Of a stretch of DNA of 47,123 nt, positions 1 to 10,411 are shown piece by piece; position 1 is the first letter of the stretch; every line of letters begins with the position of its first letter. The translations under genes were made by a program, and so were the position numbers. The notes under the pieces are model-generated. The model was not told the DNA's origin, ran no database searches, and saw nothing but the letters and a program-made list of their open reading frames with translations. The stretch comes from Salisapilia sapeloensis CBS 127946 (lineage: Eukaryota > Protista > Oomycota). The DNA is taken from NCBI GenBank assembly GCA_023334545.1, contig JAADVB010000150.1, forward strand, positions 1 through 47,123, written 5' to 3'.

Positions 1-1151
1 ATCGAGCCTACGAGCACTCGGTGTACCTTGAACGGTCGTAGATATACTTTGATCATTTTAGAGATGAAGGAACGACTTGTAGACACTCTAGACCAGCCCA
101 CTAGACACTTTCGAGCATGCTTTATTCGTATATGCCAAAATTGGAATTTTGAAAAACGAGTATGGTCGTCAACTCGAGCTCGCTACCTTGGGTTTTGCGC
201 TCGAGGATGTTGTGTTGGCGGCTTGGCAGGTCCGAGGCATACAAAAAGCTAGTCATTCAAAATAACAACGCCGACTGTAAGGAAAGTGTTCCGAATTCTG
301 GTTCACTAGCTTTTTGTATGATCTCGAACAGTCGCGGATCAAGCGAACACCAGAGTATGCGAACAACGAGGTAGCAATCTCGAGTCGACCACCAAAACTT
401 TTGATTTTTCGAATGTCCAATTTTGACATGGATAGATAGAGCGCACTCCAAAGCATATCATGGGATGGTCCAGGGGCTCTACATGCCATCCCTTGCCTCA
501 TGAGAGCTCGCTGAAAACCCCATCCACCCTTTCAAGTATCTCCACTTGATGTTTGTAGGAACACACCTCAAGCTAGAAAGCGAAAGGCCAGAGGATGGGA
601 ACTAGACACTCACGCGTAGATGGAGGAGCAGGCGAGTATGTCTGGCAGTCTTTATGTCCTGTAAGAGTGAATCATGAGTAATAGTATTCGAGTAAATGAG
701 TTACGGCTTTCTTGCGTTTGCTGATTTGTTGTGAGGCTTCCCCCGTAGCAACTCGCTAGTGGGCTTGAGCATCAAATTTTAATGAAAGAATCGAAGGAGG
801 TAATACGCCATATTCGCTAAATGGATAAAAGATCTCCCCATTCAGTGTCGATCTTTCCACTAGACGACTTGCATCCTCTCTCAAAAGTGGAACATAATGA
901 CCGGTAACTAAGACTTACAATCTCCGCACAAGGTAGTTTTTATATCGTCACTTGTATCATATTCTGCCAAGACAAATAACTGCTAGCAAAGTGGGCTTCA
1001 ACTTGTTCATCCTTCCAAATGTCGAAATCTTGCTTTCGCTGATCGTAAGCACGCGTCAAGTTCCCCAACTTCAATGATGTGTAGCTTTTCAACTAATTGC
1101 GAATACAAGATTCTTATCCTCGTCGTTCTACTCAACAAATCAACTTGAAGG

Positions 1152-1919
1152 ATGGCCGTCGTACGCACCTACCGCTCGGGCCCGCATATCCTCGTCGCGG
1201 AGCTTAATCGCCCCAAGATTAAGAATGCTATGGACAAGCAGATGTATGACGCCATGGTAGATGCCATCACTGAGTACGAAGCGGATGACAGTCTCCATGC
1301 GCTCGTGTTCACCGGCGCCGGGAACTTGTTCACTGCTGGCGCCGACTTGAGCGTTGTTGGGAAGGAGTTAAAGCAGACGATGACCATGTCCAAGAACGGT
1401 TCCAAGCGATTTATGTATAAGCTACTGGACTGCCCCAAGGTCGTGGTGGCGGCTGTGAATGGCCCTGCCATTGGCATTGGCACGACCTTGTGCACGCACT
1501 GCGACGTCGTGCTCGCAGCTCCGTCTGCTTTCTTCTGGACACCCTTCATGCGCATCGGTCTCGTCCCAGAGTTTGCGTCCTCGTACATCTTCCCTCGTAT
1601 CATGGGCGAGAAGATGGCGAACGAGATGCTCATGAGGTCCAAGCAGATCGACGCCGAGACCGCCAAGCAGTGTGGCATCGTATCGGAAGTTCTACCTGCC
1701 GAAAACTTCCTCCAAGAAGCGTTATCTCGTGTCAACGAGATGGTAGGCAGTGAGATCGCGCGAGAAAATCTCGTTCACTACAAGCGTCTCGGTCGTGGCG
1801 TCGAACTTCCTCGTATCAAAGAAGCCATTGAGCTCGAGTACGAGTACTTGGACGATCCGAAACGTGCTGCCACGACACTAAAGCTCGTTGCGAACATCCT
1901 ATCAAAATCCAAGCTTTAA
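1152..1919 (+). CDS. ECI2: Peroxisomal delta3,delta2-enoyl-CoA isomerase (crotonase superfamily, ECI2-like, no ACBP domain), 255 aa
   Basis: Crotonase motifs LNRPKIKNA, FTAGADL, AVNGPAIGIG, PFMRIGLVPEFASS; C-terminal -SKL (PTS1). Intronless ORF with ATG start. Confidence 0.85.
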   Translation: MAVVRTYRSGPHILVAELNRPKIKNAMDKQMYDAMVDAITEYEADDSLHALVFTGAGNLFTAGADLSVVGKELKQTMTMSKNGSKRFMYKLLDCPKVVVAAVNGPAIGIGTTLCTHCDVVLAAPSAFFWTPFMRIGLVPEFASSYIFPRIMGEKMANEMLMRSKQIDAETAKQCGIVSEVLPAENFLQEALSRVNEMVGSEIARENLVHYKRLGRGVELPRIKEAIELEYEYLDDPKRAATTLKLVANILSKSKL

Positions 1920-2003
1920 TGAAAGTGTGCAAAATGTCCATGCGTTGTATTCCCTTGCATTTATTCCTTGCAAAGTTCAAAATGAAAAACAAATAAAAGA
2001 AAA

Positions 2004-5000
2004 CTAGTCAAAGCGAACAGACGTGTTGCCCTGACGAGTACTGCCATCCTCTTGTGTCGCTGCTGGAGACTCAAAGTACTCGTAATTGTCACCGTTCTGA
2101 GGAGTCTTCGTGTGATTCCGAGATGACGTCCGACGTACACGTGATCGTAAGAAGGATTGCGAGCGTGATGCTCTCGCCACGTGCGATGGAATGTCTTCAG
2201 CCGACGCTTGTTCTTCCTTAAACCGTTTCTTCTCGCCCTTAAGCTGGATCGCGCCGTCCTTGGTACTGGCGCACACCGCGAACATGGCAACAGTGAGCAC
2301 GACGCTCAGAGCCGCGAAGATGAAGTGGACGATGGAAAAGTCGAGGTTGGCTGCGTACAGACCAGCCTGCACGGCGTAGTAGAAAAAGAAGGACATGGCC
2401 ACATATCGCGAGCGTTGGTACGGGGGGAAAACCTCAATGGCCGTCAGCCACGTCGCGCTCGTGAGACACAGCGGCGCACTGATAAAGAGGACGAAGAGTG
2501 CAATCTTGGTAATGACACTGTCGCCCAGTCCTGCAGCCGCGAGGGCTCCGCAGACGATGGCAAAGGCTCCAGCAAATGGCAAAATGTCCTTGAGCAGCGT
2601 CTTGCGACGAACGCTGTCGACAAGCAGGATGCTGATGGTGACACCGATGAGGTTGCACAAACCGAAGTAGACTTCCCACTTGGACGTCTGTTCTCCCTTC
2701 TGATCCGGCGCCGGCTGCACGAGTACGCGCAAGAGAAGCGTATTGGACATGAAGATGGCAAACGTGGCTTGGAGAGCAAGTGTCAAGGCGATACGGAAGC
2801 CCATGTTGATGCTCTTGCCTTTATTAACAAAGAGCTGCTTCAAGTCGGTCAGTTCCTCAATGACGTCATGTCGCTGTCGGAGTCGAATGAGCGTCGCCTC
2901 GGCATCCTTCTCTTCCTTATGTCTGTACAACCAGAAGGGACTCTCTGGGATGAAGAACCAACTGGGTAAGAGTAAGACGAGCGGGATGGCACCGAATAAA
3001 AAGTGGTACTGCCAGTCATGCAGCGGTTTGTTGCCAAAAGCCTCGCGCATCGTCGTTGCGTTCAAATTGTTCACCAAAATTGCTTCGACAAAGTACCCGA
3101 TGGCGCTGCCAAACAAGAACATGAGCACGCCTTTACCTTGCCATCCGACCATGCACACTTCAAAGCTGTAGAGCATACAGGCGATCGAAAGCATAGAGAC
3201 ACCGGCGATCGTGAGGCAGCAGCCGACGATGACCATCGAGCTAGAGGACAAAAAGACAAGACCGCATCCGGCGCCAGCCACGATGCACGATAGGGCACCA
3301 GCGTATCGACGACCGATGACGTGTGCCAGGCCTGTACCGAGGAGAGCACCGACGGCACCAGCAGCAGCAGCATAGACCTTGAGCATGTCCATGGGGAAGT
3401 CGCCGCCGAGCTCTTGATCGATGAAGTAGGCAAAGGACTCGTTGTAAAAGTTGTCTTCGGCAGCATTGACAAAGCCAAGGGAGAAGACGAGGCACGTGAG
3501 CCAGCCGTAGACCCATCCTCCGAGGACACCGACGAGGACACTGAGCGAAGCAGCGTACTCTGCACCCGAGCTCAAAGCACGAGAGAAGCCGCCATTGTAC
3601 ATCATACGCGTCTGCAGCGTCGACATGAACGGAAGAGCAGAGAGGAGGAGCAACGGGAGGACGAGGAAGAGTCCAGTGATCATATCAAAGAGGAATGCGA
3701 GTTCTCGGACGAGTCCCCAGTGTGCGACAGGGAGATTGAAGGCGCCGTGGAAGAGGATGAGGTACTGCAGGACAGAGTAGAGACCGATGATGATACCTAG
3801 CATGAGCGACAGAGATTTCTCAAACGTCCACCCTTGCACCGATCCAATGATGAATGGAACGGCGACAAGGGCGCCAATGACAAAGACAATGTAGAGGATG
3901 GATCTAGCGACGCACGCTTGGTTCTTCAGGCACATGCCAGCGTACGAGCCGAGCCAGAGCACCAGAGCGACACCACCGACGCAGCCGGCGAGGAGACCTA
4001 AGTCGGCGAGGTTAAAGTTCAGCATGAAGACGTAGTACATGGTGAGCGGGTGGCGAAGTTCTCGGATCATGTACACGACCCGTGCCTTCCATCTCATGCC
4101 AGCCAACTGACTCGCTTCGTACAAGAAGAAGTCGTTCCAGCATTCGCCATTGCTCCCGCTCGTAGACGGAAGGCTGCTTTCGACCTCGGCGGCAGGAGAC
4201 GCCATCATCCATCGGAGCCAGTCGGCGACGTCGACGCGTGTCTTGCCAAAGTCCAGTCCGTCGGTATTGAAGAAGAAGGGGGCGACGAGCCAGCAGACGC
4301 CAAGGAGGTATACTGCAAAGGAAGCGATGCCATAGTCCTGTCCCTTGGATCCATAAGAAGCCATCAATGTGATGTTATCCGGGACCTTGTCTGGACTCTT
4401 GTCACAGTCAAAGTCAGCAGTAGCGCAGTAGTCTTCCAGTGCGTCGGTTCCAATGGCAAAGTTACCAAACGTTCCGAAGAGGATCATGAGGCCGAGGAGT
4501 TCCATCGCCTTGCGATAATGCGACGCAGCGTACTCTTTAAAGAAGTTCACAAGGGTTTCTCGCACGATGGCAAACCCTCGACCTGTTCCTCGATACTTGG
4601 AACCTCCTCTCATGATCGCAACGTCAAAGAAGTGCGCTTTCGTACCAGTCTCAAAGATGTAGAAGACAGGACCCAACGTCACGACGAGCTGAACAAAGTC
4701 TAGAACTGCTTGTCTCCACCCTGCTTCCACGAGCATCGTGGCGATCAACGGGATTGTCATGAGCATACCGAATTGGAAGATGAACTGCGTATTCAAGACT
4801 TGTGCGAGATCGTCGAGTCCATTCGTCTTGGTGATGGCAGCATTCTGGATCTCGTCATGAAGCGAAATGTAGAGTTTCGAGTAGGCATAAGCAAAGACAC
4901 AGAGGACGACGAGGCCGTTGCAAATGTAAAAGCCCATGTGACCGTAGAACATCGAGTTGAGTCGGAAAAAGTCCATGTGGGCACCCATGCGATGGGATTC

Positions 5001-8000
5001 TCGACTGAGCGATGCTTCGGCACTACCATTCGATAGTTTCGCTTCGAACGCATTGATCTGACTTAATGTCACGTCTCGACCTTTACCACACTGCATGAAC
5101 TCTTGATGCGTCACGGTACCACCTCGCAAGGTTGTGTTGTACCCACTAAAGACATCTTCCGACAGGTTAATGCCTTTCGAAGCCTTCGAGACACCACCAT
5201 GACTCATGATAAACGACTTATCAAACACATCAGGATGTCCATAGTGCATACGACTGCGTAGCGGATTCGCGAGCACACGTTGCGTGAGACTAACAAACAC
5301 TAGCTCCTGGAGCGTCATAAAGTGTGCAAGCGAAGACGCTCGACCGGTGAAGATATGCTCTTTCATGCCGACGATCGTCACATCCTGACCTTGTTCCGTC
5401 GCCGTCGCCAAGAAGTTGGGGATCTTGAGACACTCTTCGAAGTAATGCTCTTGGTTCATATCAATCGTCTGGACGTACTCTCCTCTCGTGAATGGGAGCG
5501 CGAGATTCTGATTCTCCGGCTTACCTTCACCAACGAGCGGGTGTCCAGGTAGTTCATACCGATAGACTTCAACGATCTCATCTCCATCCGACTTGACCAG
5601 GACACAGTCGTGTCGAGGTTCCGTCCCGCTGCCGGCAGGAGGGTAGATCGTATCGACATAGCATACACGCCAGTTCGGATACTTTCGCATGAGCAGATCA
5701 ATGTCCGCTGCACGAACGTCGTTGCTTGCGAGCTGGTCGGCGTAGATCTGACAACTCGTCACGTACGAGAACTTGAGTCCAGCGATGCGGTCCATGTGCT
5801 TGATCTTATCCAAGTGCGACAAGTTGGTGTCCGATCCGATCTCAAGCCATCGAAGCATCTTGAGCGCATCTTCATACATCATCATGCCATGAACCGTCCG
5901 AGCAAGTGTCTGTCCGCGCATACTCGCCCATAGACGAACTTGCGTCGGTGTCTCCGCCAGTGCTTCGTCCAATGTCGTAACGCCAACGCGTTCTAAAAAG
6001 TTTCCCCACTCATCGCTATGGAACGTAATGAGGTACTTGAGGATACTCAAGTCTCGACTCTTATGCTCGACTTTCTGGAAGAGTGGATTGGACGTCACGC
6101 GACCATTGAGCTCATCGATGCTATAGAGCACGGGTTCATTGTAGTATGGTGTGATGACGCTGAAAGAGTACATGGCAGCGATACTCTCGACCGTCGGCAT
6201 TTTCATCGACAATGAATTCAAGAAGAAACTCATGCGTCGACGTGCTTCATGGCATCGAGGCAATGCATCGGCTGCATCGAGTGTCAAGAGGAAGAAGAGA
6301 CGAGTGGATAATGAAATGACGCTTTCGTTGCCCGCACCAGACGCCTTGTGTGATCCGTTGCTCGAGTCACGACCAGACGCGGCGTCTTGGAAGAGTGCTA
6401 GTAGCTGCTCCTTCTGGTACGCCAAGTCTGGTGTCGTCTGAGCAAAGACTGAGTGCCGCATGCTCTCGGCCATCCACTCTTCCTCTAGCATGAGCTCGAC
6501 GCTCTGGAGTAAAGCACCGACACGTTCGACGACGACGAGGACGAGGTCGTGCTGGAAGGCAAAGTTGCCTCCAGACGGCACAATCGCAGGCTCTGGCAAG
6601 TCTAGAAGACTCGCGAGTAAGTCCACGACGTTCTCCTTGACAAGAGGCAAGTGGACAAGGTTGACGCTGCCATCGATACGACCAGACGTAAGGATCTGTT
6701 CGAACACTTTGACGACTGCTTGGTCTCGTGGACCGAGTAGCTGTCGAAGGATCTGGAGACCAATGTCCAGTGCGTTCTGAGCACACCCGAGTACCTTGTG
6801 CTTCTGCAGTTCCTTGCACAATCGGTCATCACTCATGCGCTTCTGCTTGGCTTTGGACGCGATGTCAGTAGCTTGCTGCGCTTGTCCGGCTAGGAGGAAG
6901 ACAGGATCTTCCACGGCACCAGAGTCTGAGATCTGATACTGCAGGATAGCAGTCTCTCGATCGTCCAAGAGGTCCGAGAGACGGTAGCTACTGACGATTT
7001 CGTTCCACACGACAGCGAAGCGTAGGCGAGAGTTGGCCTGTGCGCCCATCGTGCCAGCCGACAGCGCCTGATCCGGATGATTCTGGATACTCGCTTGTCC
7101 TTTCGCAGCATTCGACACGACGCGCGAGTCGAAGAGAGCTGGAGCGTCCGACAGTTTCTGGACAAACTCTGAGATCCGTGCACTATGTCCGATCTTGAGT
7201 TTGAGACCGAGGAAGCCACCGACGACGGCTTGCATGATCGCCAACCAGATCTGCGAGTCGTAGATGTAGACGAGGAAGAGCGGTGCCCACATGGCGACGA
7301 TGAATGCGATGTTGTGGTGGCTCTCAATCAAGCCTTCGTCCATGCTAGAAGCGACGTGGATGCTATAGATCTCTACCGTTGGACCCATGAGTGGCTTGAC
7401 CATGAGCTGGAGGTTGAAGAGGAACTTGCACACGAAGATGACGGTCCAGAGCGTCGAGTAGGCTAGGAACGGACCCCACGGCTGGGCCATGTGTCGACCG
7501 ATAAAGTCTTCCTGCGTTCCGTCGAGTGCATTGAGGAGTCCAGTGCGCCAGACGATGCTTTTGCAAGTCATTTGGAGGATCGCGACGAGGACGACGGGGA
7601 TGACGTACACGAGGACGAGCAGAAGACCCATGTCAAGGAACTGCTGTCCACCAAACTTTTCGTATGGAGACGTGAAGAGTGCGAGGAAGAGAGCAAAGAA
7701 GATCGAGTGCCATACGAGACGTATGAAGAGCGCGGAGGCATGGACGAGTCGATCAAAGATACGTGCACCTCCGATCCAAACTTCCAGCACGGTCTTCAAA
7801 GCAAGTAGGAAACTGAACGTGATAAAGATCGAGTAGAAGGCATGGTTGCGAATGTCCTCAATGTCGGGCGTCATGAAGTCACTGTAAAAGTTAAAGCCAC
7901 TCGTTCGCGCTGGATCCGAGCGATAGGCGACGTAGCAGATGACGATGAGAAGATGGAGCATGACGAGGAGGAAAAAGTAGATGCGGAAGAAGGCGAGGAA

Positions 8001-8741
8001 GGGGTTTAAAAACGACCGACGCTCTTTGAACGTCTTGTGTTCCTGCAGATTCACAGCTTCTGCGACACAGCGTTCGTCAAAGTCTAGGCATCGACGTGAC
8101 CAAAAGAGTTCGTTCACATCGTCGTAGTTGGTGATGTTCTTGTGATCTAATGGACGGTCCGTCGGCTGCGCTCGCATCTTGGCGACGGCATTGTACAGCG
8201 GCCGGACAACGAGACGGAGAAAGGACCCTTCCGGGGCAGTCGGCATGGACTCCAAACCGTCTAGCTTGGCCGCTAGCTTGTGGAAGAAAAAGCAGAGGCA
8301 CTCGGGCATGAAGCGCAGGTTCCCTGCTTCGCCCCAAATCAGGAGGAAGAGCGCGATTTGGCGTACCGAAGCTGGTCCCCCGCTTTCATCCAGCAATGGC
8401 CGCGTGCCGATGAACGTGCACCACTTCTTGTAGTTACGAAAGAAGCGTTCGTGAACATGACGAACGGCTGCGTCTGGATCATTCACAGCAGCTCGACTCT
8501 CTCTATTGAGCAGCCAGCACTCGAGATGCTCTCTCTGATTGAGGACACTACCTTCCTGGAATCCAAACTTGGCACGCAAGAGTTCAAAGACGTCTGAATG
8601 GCGCTGGACGGGATTCTGATCTCGTCCCGGGCCTGCCTGACTCGGCGGGTCCTCCAGCGTCTGATAGTTGGATGGCGCACGCCGACGGTGGGTCACATTG
8701 CTCCGCTGCGTCGGCGCTTGCCGACTATGCTTGTCTACCAT
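2004..8741 (-). CDS. FKS1: 1,3-beta-glucan (callose) synthase, GT48/FKS family, with C-terminal MFS sugar-porter domain; 2245 aa from ATG 8741
   Basis: FKS1 domain (LFLLIWGEAGNLRFMPECLCFFFH); GT48 motifs RRMSFFLNSL, RLWASMRGQTLARTV, GEGKPENQN, HYGHPDVFD, INLSEDVF, QCGKGRDV. C-terminal 12 hydrophobic segments with GRR, PESPFWL and EVFP sugar-porter motifs. The ORF-track start at 8783 is GTG; the first ATG is 8741. Confidence 0.93.
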   Translation of the reverse strand: MVDKHSRQAPTQRSNVTHRRRAPSNYQTLEDPPSQAGPGRDQNPVQRHSDVFELLRAKFGFQEGSVLNQREHLECWLLNRESRAAVNDPDAAVRHVHERFFRNYKKWCTFIGTRPLLDESGGPASVRQIALFLLIWGEAGNLRFMPECLCFFFHKLAAKLDGLESMPTAPEGSFLRLVVRPLYNAVAKMRAQPTDRPLDHKNITNYDDVNELFWSRRCLDFDERCVAEAVNLQEHKTFKERRSFLNPFLAFFRIYFFLLVMLHLLIVICYVAYRSDPARTSGFNFYSDFMTPDIEDIRNHAFYSIFITFSFLLALKTVLEVWIGGARIFDRLVHASALFIRLVWHSIFFALFLALFTSPYEKFGGQQFLDMGLLLVLVYVIPVVLVAILQMTCKSIVWRTGLLNALDGTQEDFIGRHMAQPWGPFLAYSTLWTVIFVCKFLFNLQLMVKPLMGPTVEIYSIHVASSMDEGLIESHHNIAFIVAMWAPLFLVYIYDSQIWLAIMQAVVGGFLGLKLKIGHSARISEFVQKLSDAPALFDSRVVSNAAKGQASIQNHPDQALSAGTMGAQANSRLRFAVVWNEIVSSYRLSDLLDDRETAILQYQISDSGAVEDPVFLLAGQAQQATDIASKAKQKRMSDDRLCKELQKHKVLGCAQNALDIGLQILRQLLGPRDQAVVKVFEQILTSGRIDGSVNLVHLPLVKENVVDLLASLLDLPEPAIVPSGGNFAFQHDLVLVVVERVGALLQSVELMLEEEWMAESMRHSVFAQTTPDLAYQKEQLLALFQDAASGRDSSNGSHKASGAGNESVISLSTRLFFLLTLDAADALPRCHEARRRMSFFLNSLSMKMPTVESIAAMYSFSVITPYYNEPVLYSIDELNGRVTSNPLFQKVEHKSRDLSILKYLITFHSDEWGNFLERVGVTTLDEALAETPTQVRLWASMRGQTLARTVHGMMMYEDALKMLRWLEIGSDTNLSHLDKIKHMDRIAGLKFSYVTSCQIYADQLASNDVRAADIDLLMRKYPNWRVCYVDTIYPPAGSGTEPRHDCVLVKSDGDEIVEVYRYELPGHPLVGEGKPENQNLALPFTRGEYVQTIDMNQEHYFEECLKIPNFLATATEQGQDVTIVGMKEHIFTGRASSLAHFMTLQELVFVSLTQRVLANPLRSRMHYGHPDVFDKSFIMSHGGVSKASKGINLSEDVFSGYNTTLRGGTVTHQEFMQCGKGRDVTLSQINAFEAKLSNGSAEASLSRESHRMGAHMDFFRLNSMFYGHMGFYICNGLVVLCVFAYAYSKLYISLHDEIQNAAITKTNGLDDLAQVLNTQFIFQFGMLMTIPLIATMLVEAGWRQAVLDFVQLVVTLGPVFYIFETGTKAHFFDVAIMRGGSKYRGTGRGFAIVRETLVNFFKEYAASHYRKAMELLGLMILFGTFGNFAIGTDALEDYCATADFDCDKSPDKVPDNITLMASYGSKGQDYGIASFAVYLLGVCWLVAPFFFNTDGLDFGKTRVDVADWLRWMMASPAAEVESSLPSTSGSNGECWNDFFLYEASQLAGMRWKARVVYMIRELRHPLTMYYVFMLNFNLADLGLLAGCVGGVALVLWLGSYAGMCLKNQACVARSILYIVFVIGALVAVPFIIGSVQGWTFEKSLSLMLGIIIGLYSVLQYLILFHGAFNLPVAHWGLVRELAFLFDMITGLFLVLPLLLLSALPFMSTLQTRMMYNGGFSRALSSGAEYAASLSVLVGVLGGWVYGWLTCLVFSLGFVNAAEDNFYNESFAYFIDQELGGDFPMDMLKVYAAAAGAVGALLGTGLAHVIGRRYAGALSCIVAGAGCGLVFLSSSSMVIVGCCLTIAGVSMLSIACMLYSFEVCMVGWQGKGVLMFLFGSAIGYFVEAILVNNLNATTMREAFGNKPLHDWQYHFLFGAIPLVLLLPSWFFIPESPFWLYRHKEEKDAEATLIRLRQRHDVIEELTDLKQLFVNKGKSINMGFRIALTLALQATFAIFMSNTLLLRVLVQPAPDQKGEQTSKWEVYFGLCNLIGVTISILLVDSVRRKTLLKDILPFAGAFAIVCGALAAAGLGDSVITKIALFVLFISAPLCLTSATWLTAIEVFPPYQRSRYVAMSFFFYYAVQAGLYAANLDFSIVHFIFAALSVVLTVAMFAVCASTKDGAIQLKGEKKRFKEEQASAEDIPSHVARASRSQSFLRSRVRRTSSRNHTKTPQNGDNYEYFESPAATQEDGSTRQGNTSVRFD

Positions 8742-9117
8742 CCTACGAACGAATTGTCTTGTAGGAGGAGAGACCGTTCGCACAACTTCGCACCCACGGC
8801 CGTTAGCCGATTATGGGCGCTTTTATTCACCCGAAAAGTCAGTGTGACGTGTACTGTCGTTTGGCGCTGGAAGCGTATGTAACTTGTGTATAAGCGGAGA
8901 TCAGAAGCCATCTGCCTTTGCGAATTGACCTCGTCTAACTGCATCGATGCTTATGACAGGAAACGACGGTAAATGTTCGCAAGGTCTATTCCTAGATCCG
9001 CACGTCTGGCGCATGCACAGGATCTTTGGATGCCAAGTGTGTGTTCGTAAGAGAGTATGGATACGCTGGATTGGATGGAAGCGAGTGCACACAAGAAACT
9101 TGCTCGTATTTGTTCTC

Positions 9118-10099
9118 TTAAATGCGCTTGTAATCCGACGATCCGCTGCCGACGATGCTGCAGTTTTCTAGCCGCATCGCATACTTGATCGCATCTTCAT
9201 CGTGCTCGAACGACGGAAGGACGGTCAAGCAGCTTTGGTTGATGGCAGCAAGCGGAGCGAGGGAGAAACCGGCATCCTTACTGACCATGCACACCTTGTC
9301 GTCGGCCACGAGCTGCAGCTTTTTCGAAAGCTTTTCCGACTCCTCCAGCACCTTGGCGTGCGTGTACACTTGGCTCTTCTTAGGTTCACCACCTTCGACG
9401 CCTGTAGAAATGTTAGTTGTAACGTAAGAGTAGTAACGAGTGAATATACGCACGCGAGTAGGAGATGGCGAGCGGCGAGTCCGGTGTGACGGCTTTGAGC
9501 ATGTTTTTCAATGCCACCGGCTCGGGCGAGTTGACCATCATTTGGTAGAATGGGATGACACCGTCAATGTGGTCCGTGGCGGTGGAAATGACGCTGTGCA
9601 AGTGACGGAATTGACGCGGTCGGAAGAGCGTCTTCTTCTCCTCAGACGTCTTTAGCTCCGGCAAGAGCTCTTGTACGAGAGAAGTAGCGTTCGTATCGTT
9701 CATCTTGGGTGCAAACAGGAGTCCATTCGCCTTGCTATCGTGCAAAATAGATTCCAGCTCCTTAGCAGTAGAGATTTGAGGATCCACTAGTGCCAACGTC
9801 ACGCCGGCACGTGCCGCAGCGAGTTGCGTGACAAGGTTTTCAGCAGAATTCGGCAGCCAAACTGCCAAGACTGAGCCATGCGTGAATTGTTGTCCGTGGA
9901 AACCGTTGGCCATCTCCTGGACATACTTATCGAGCTCCTGGTAGCTCCATCGAATATCCTGCTTGATACTACGCAAAGCTTCTTTGTGGGGAAGACGGTC
10001 GACGGCTTCCTCCAACGACGCACCCACGGTGCTCGCTTGACGGTAAGAAGTCCACGGCGTCGTTCGCGCCGCCCGCGAGATGGCTCTGAACCCGAGCAT
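9118..10099 (-). CDS. Short acyl-CoA synthetase/AMP-binding-like protein with probable mitochondrial presequence, 309 aa, 2 exons (10099-9454, 9401-9118)
   Basis: N-terminus MLGFRAISRAARTTPWTSYRQAS is Arg/Ser-rich with no acidic residues. ANL-family N-terminal pattern (RWSYQELD, VLAVWLPNSAE, QLAAARAG). Intron 9453-9402 (GTGCGT..ACTAAC..TACAG, 52 nt) joins the two ORFs in frame as ISYSR|VEGGEPKK. Confidence 0.75.
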
Positions 10100-10411
10100 G
10101 TTTATCCTCTTTGTTCTGGTGGTCTTTTGGGCCACACAGGGATTTTAAGTAGGTTCTTTTGTGGGTCACGCGGTAAACAATTGCAATATAATGAGATTTT
10201 GTCTCGTTTAACATATCTTAGAAGTGTCTAGTCCGAGTATGACGCGTACTGATCGTAGTCGAAAGTAGATGCGAGTACTACTTTGGATATGGCTGTTAGT
10301 AGAGTTTCATAGGATGGAGGATGGAAGGTAGGAGTATGGTGGTAATCGGATAGGATACTAGAGGTGGATTTGTTGTACATGACAAATTTAAATTTTGAAT
10401 TGACAAGCGAG

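Noticed and set aside
459-607. Two GGATGG/CCATCC stems (462-492; 519-599) followed by ACA, resembling an H/ACA snoRNA
   Set aside because: No ANANNA H box between the hairpins, and the stems are only 7 bp.
2181-7836. Many long plus-strand ORFs antisense to the glucan synthase, and similar shadow ORFs over VPS13 and DUS3
   Set aside because: They are typical antisense shadows of GC3-rich coding sequence and show no recognisable motifs.
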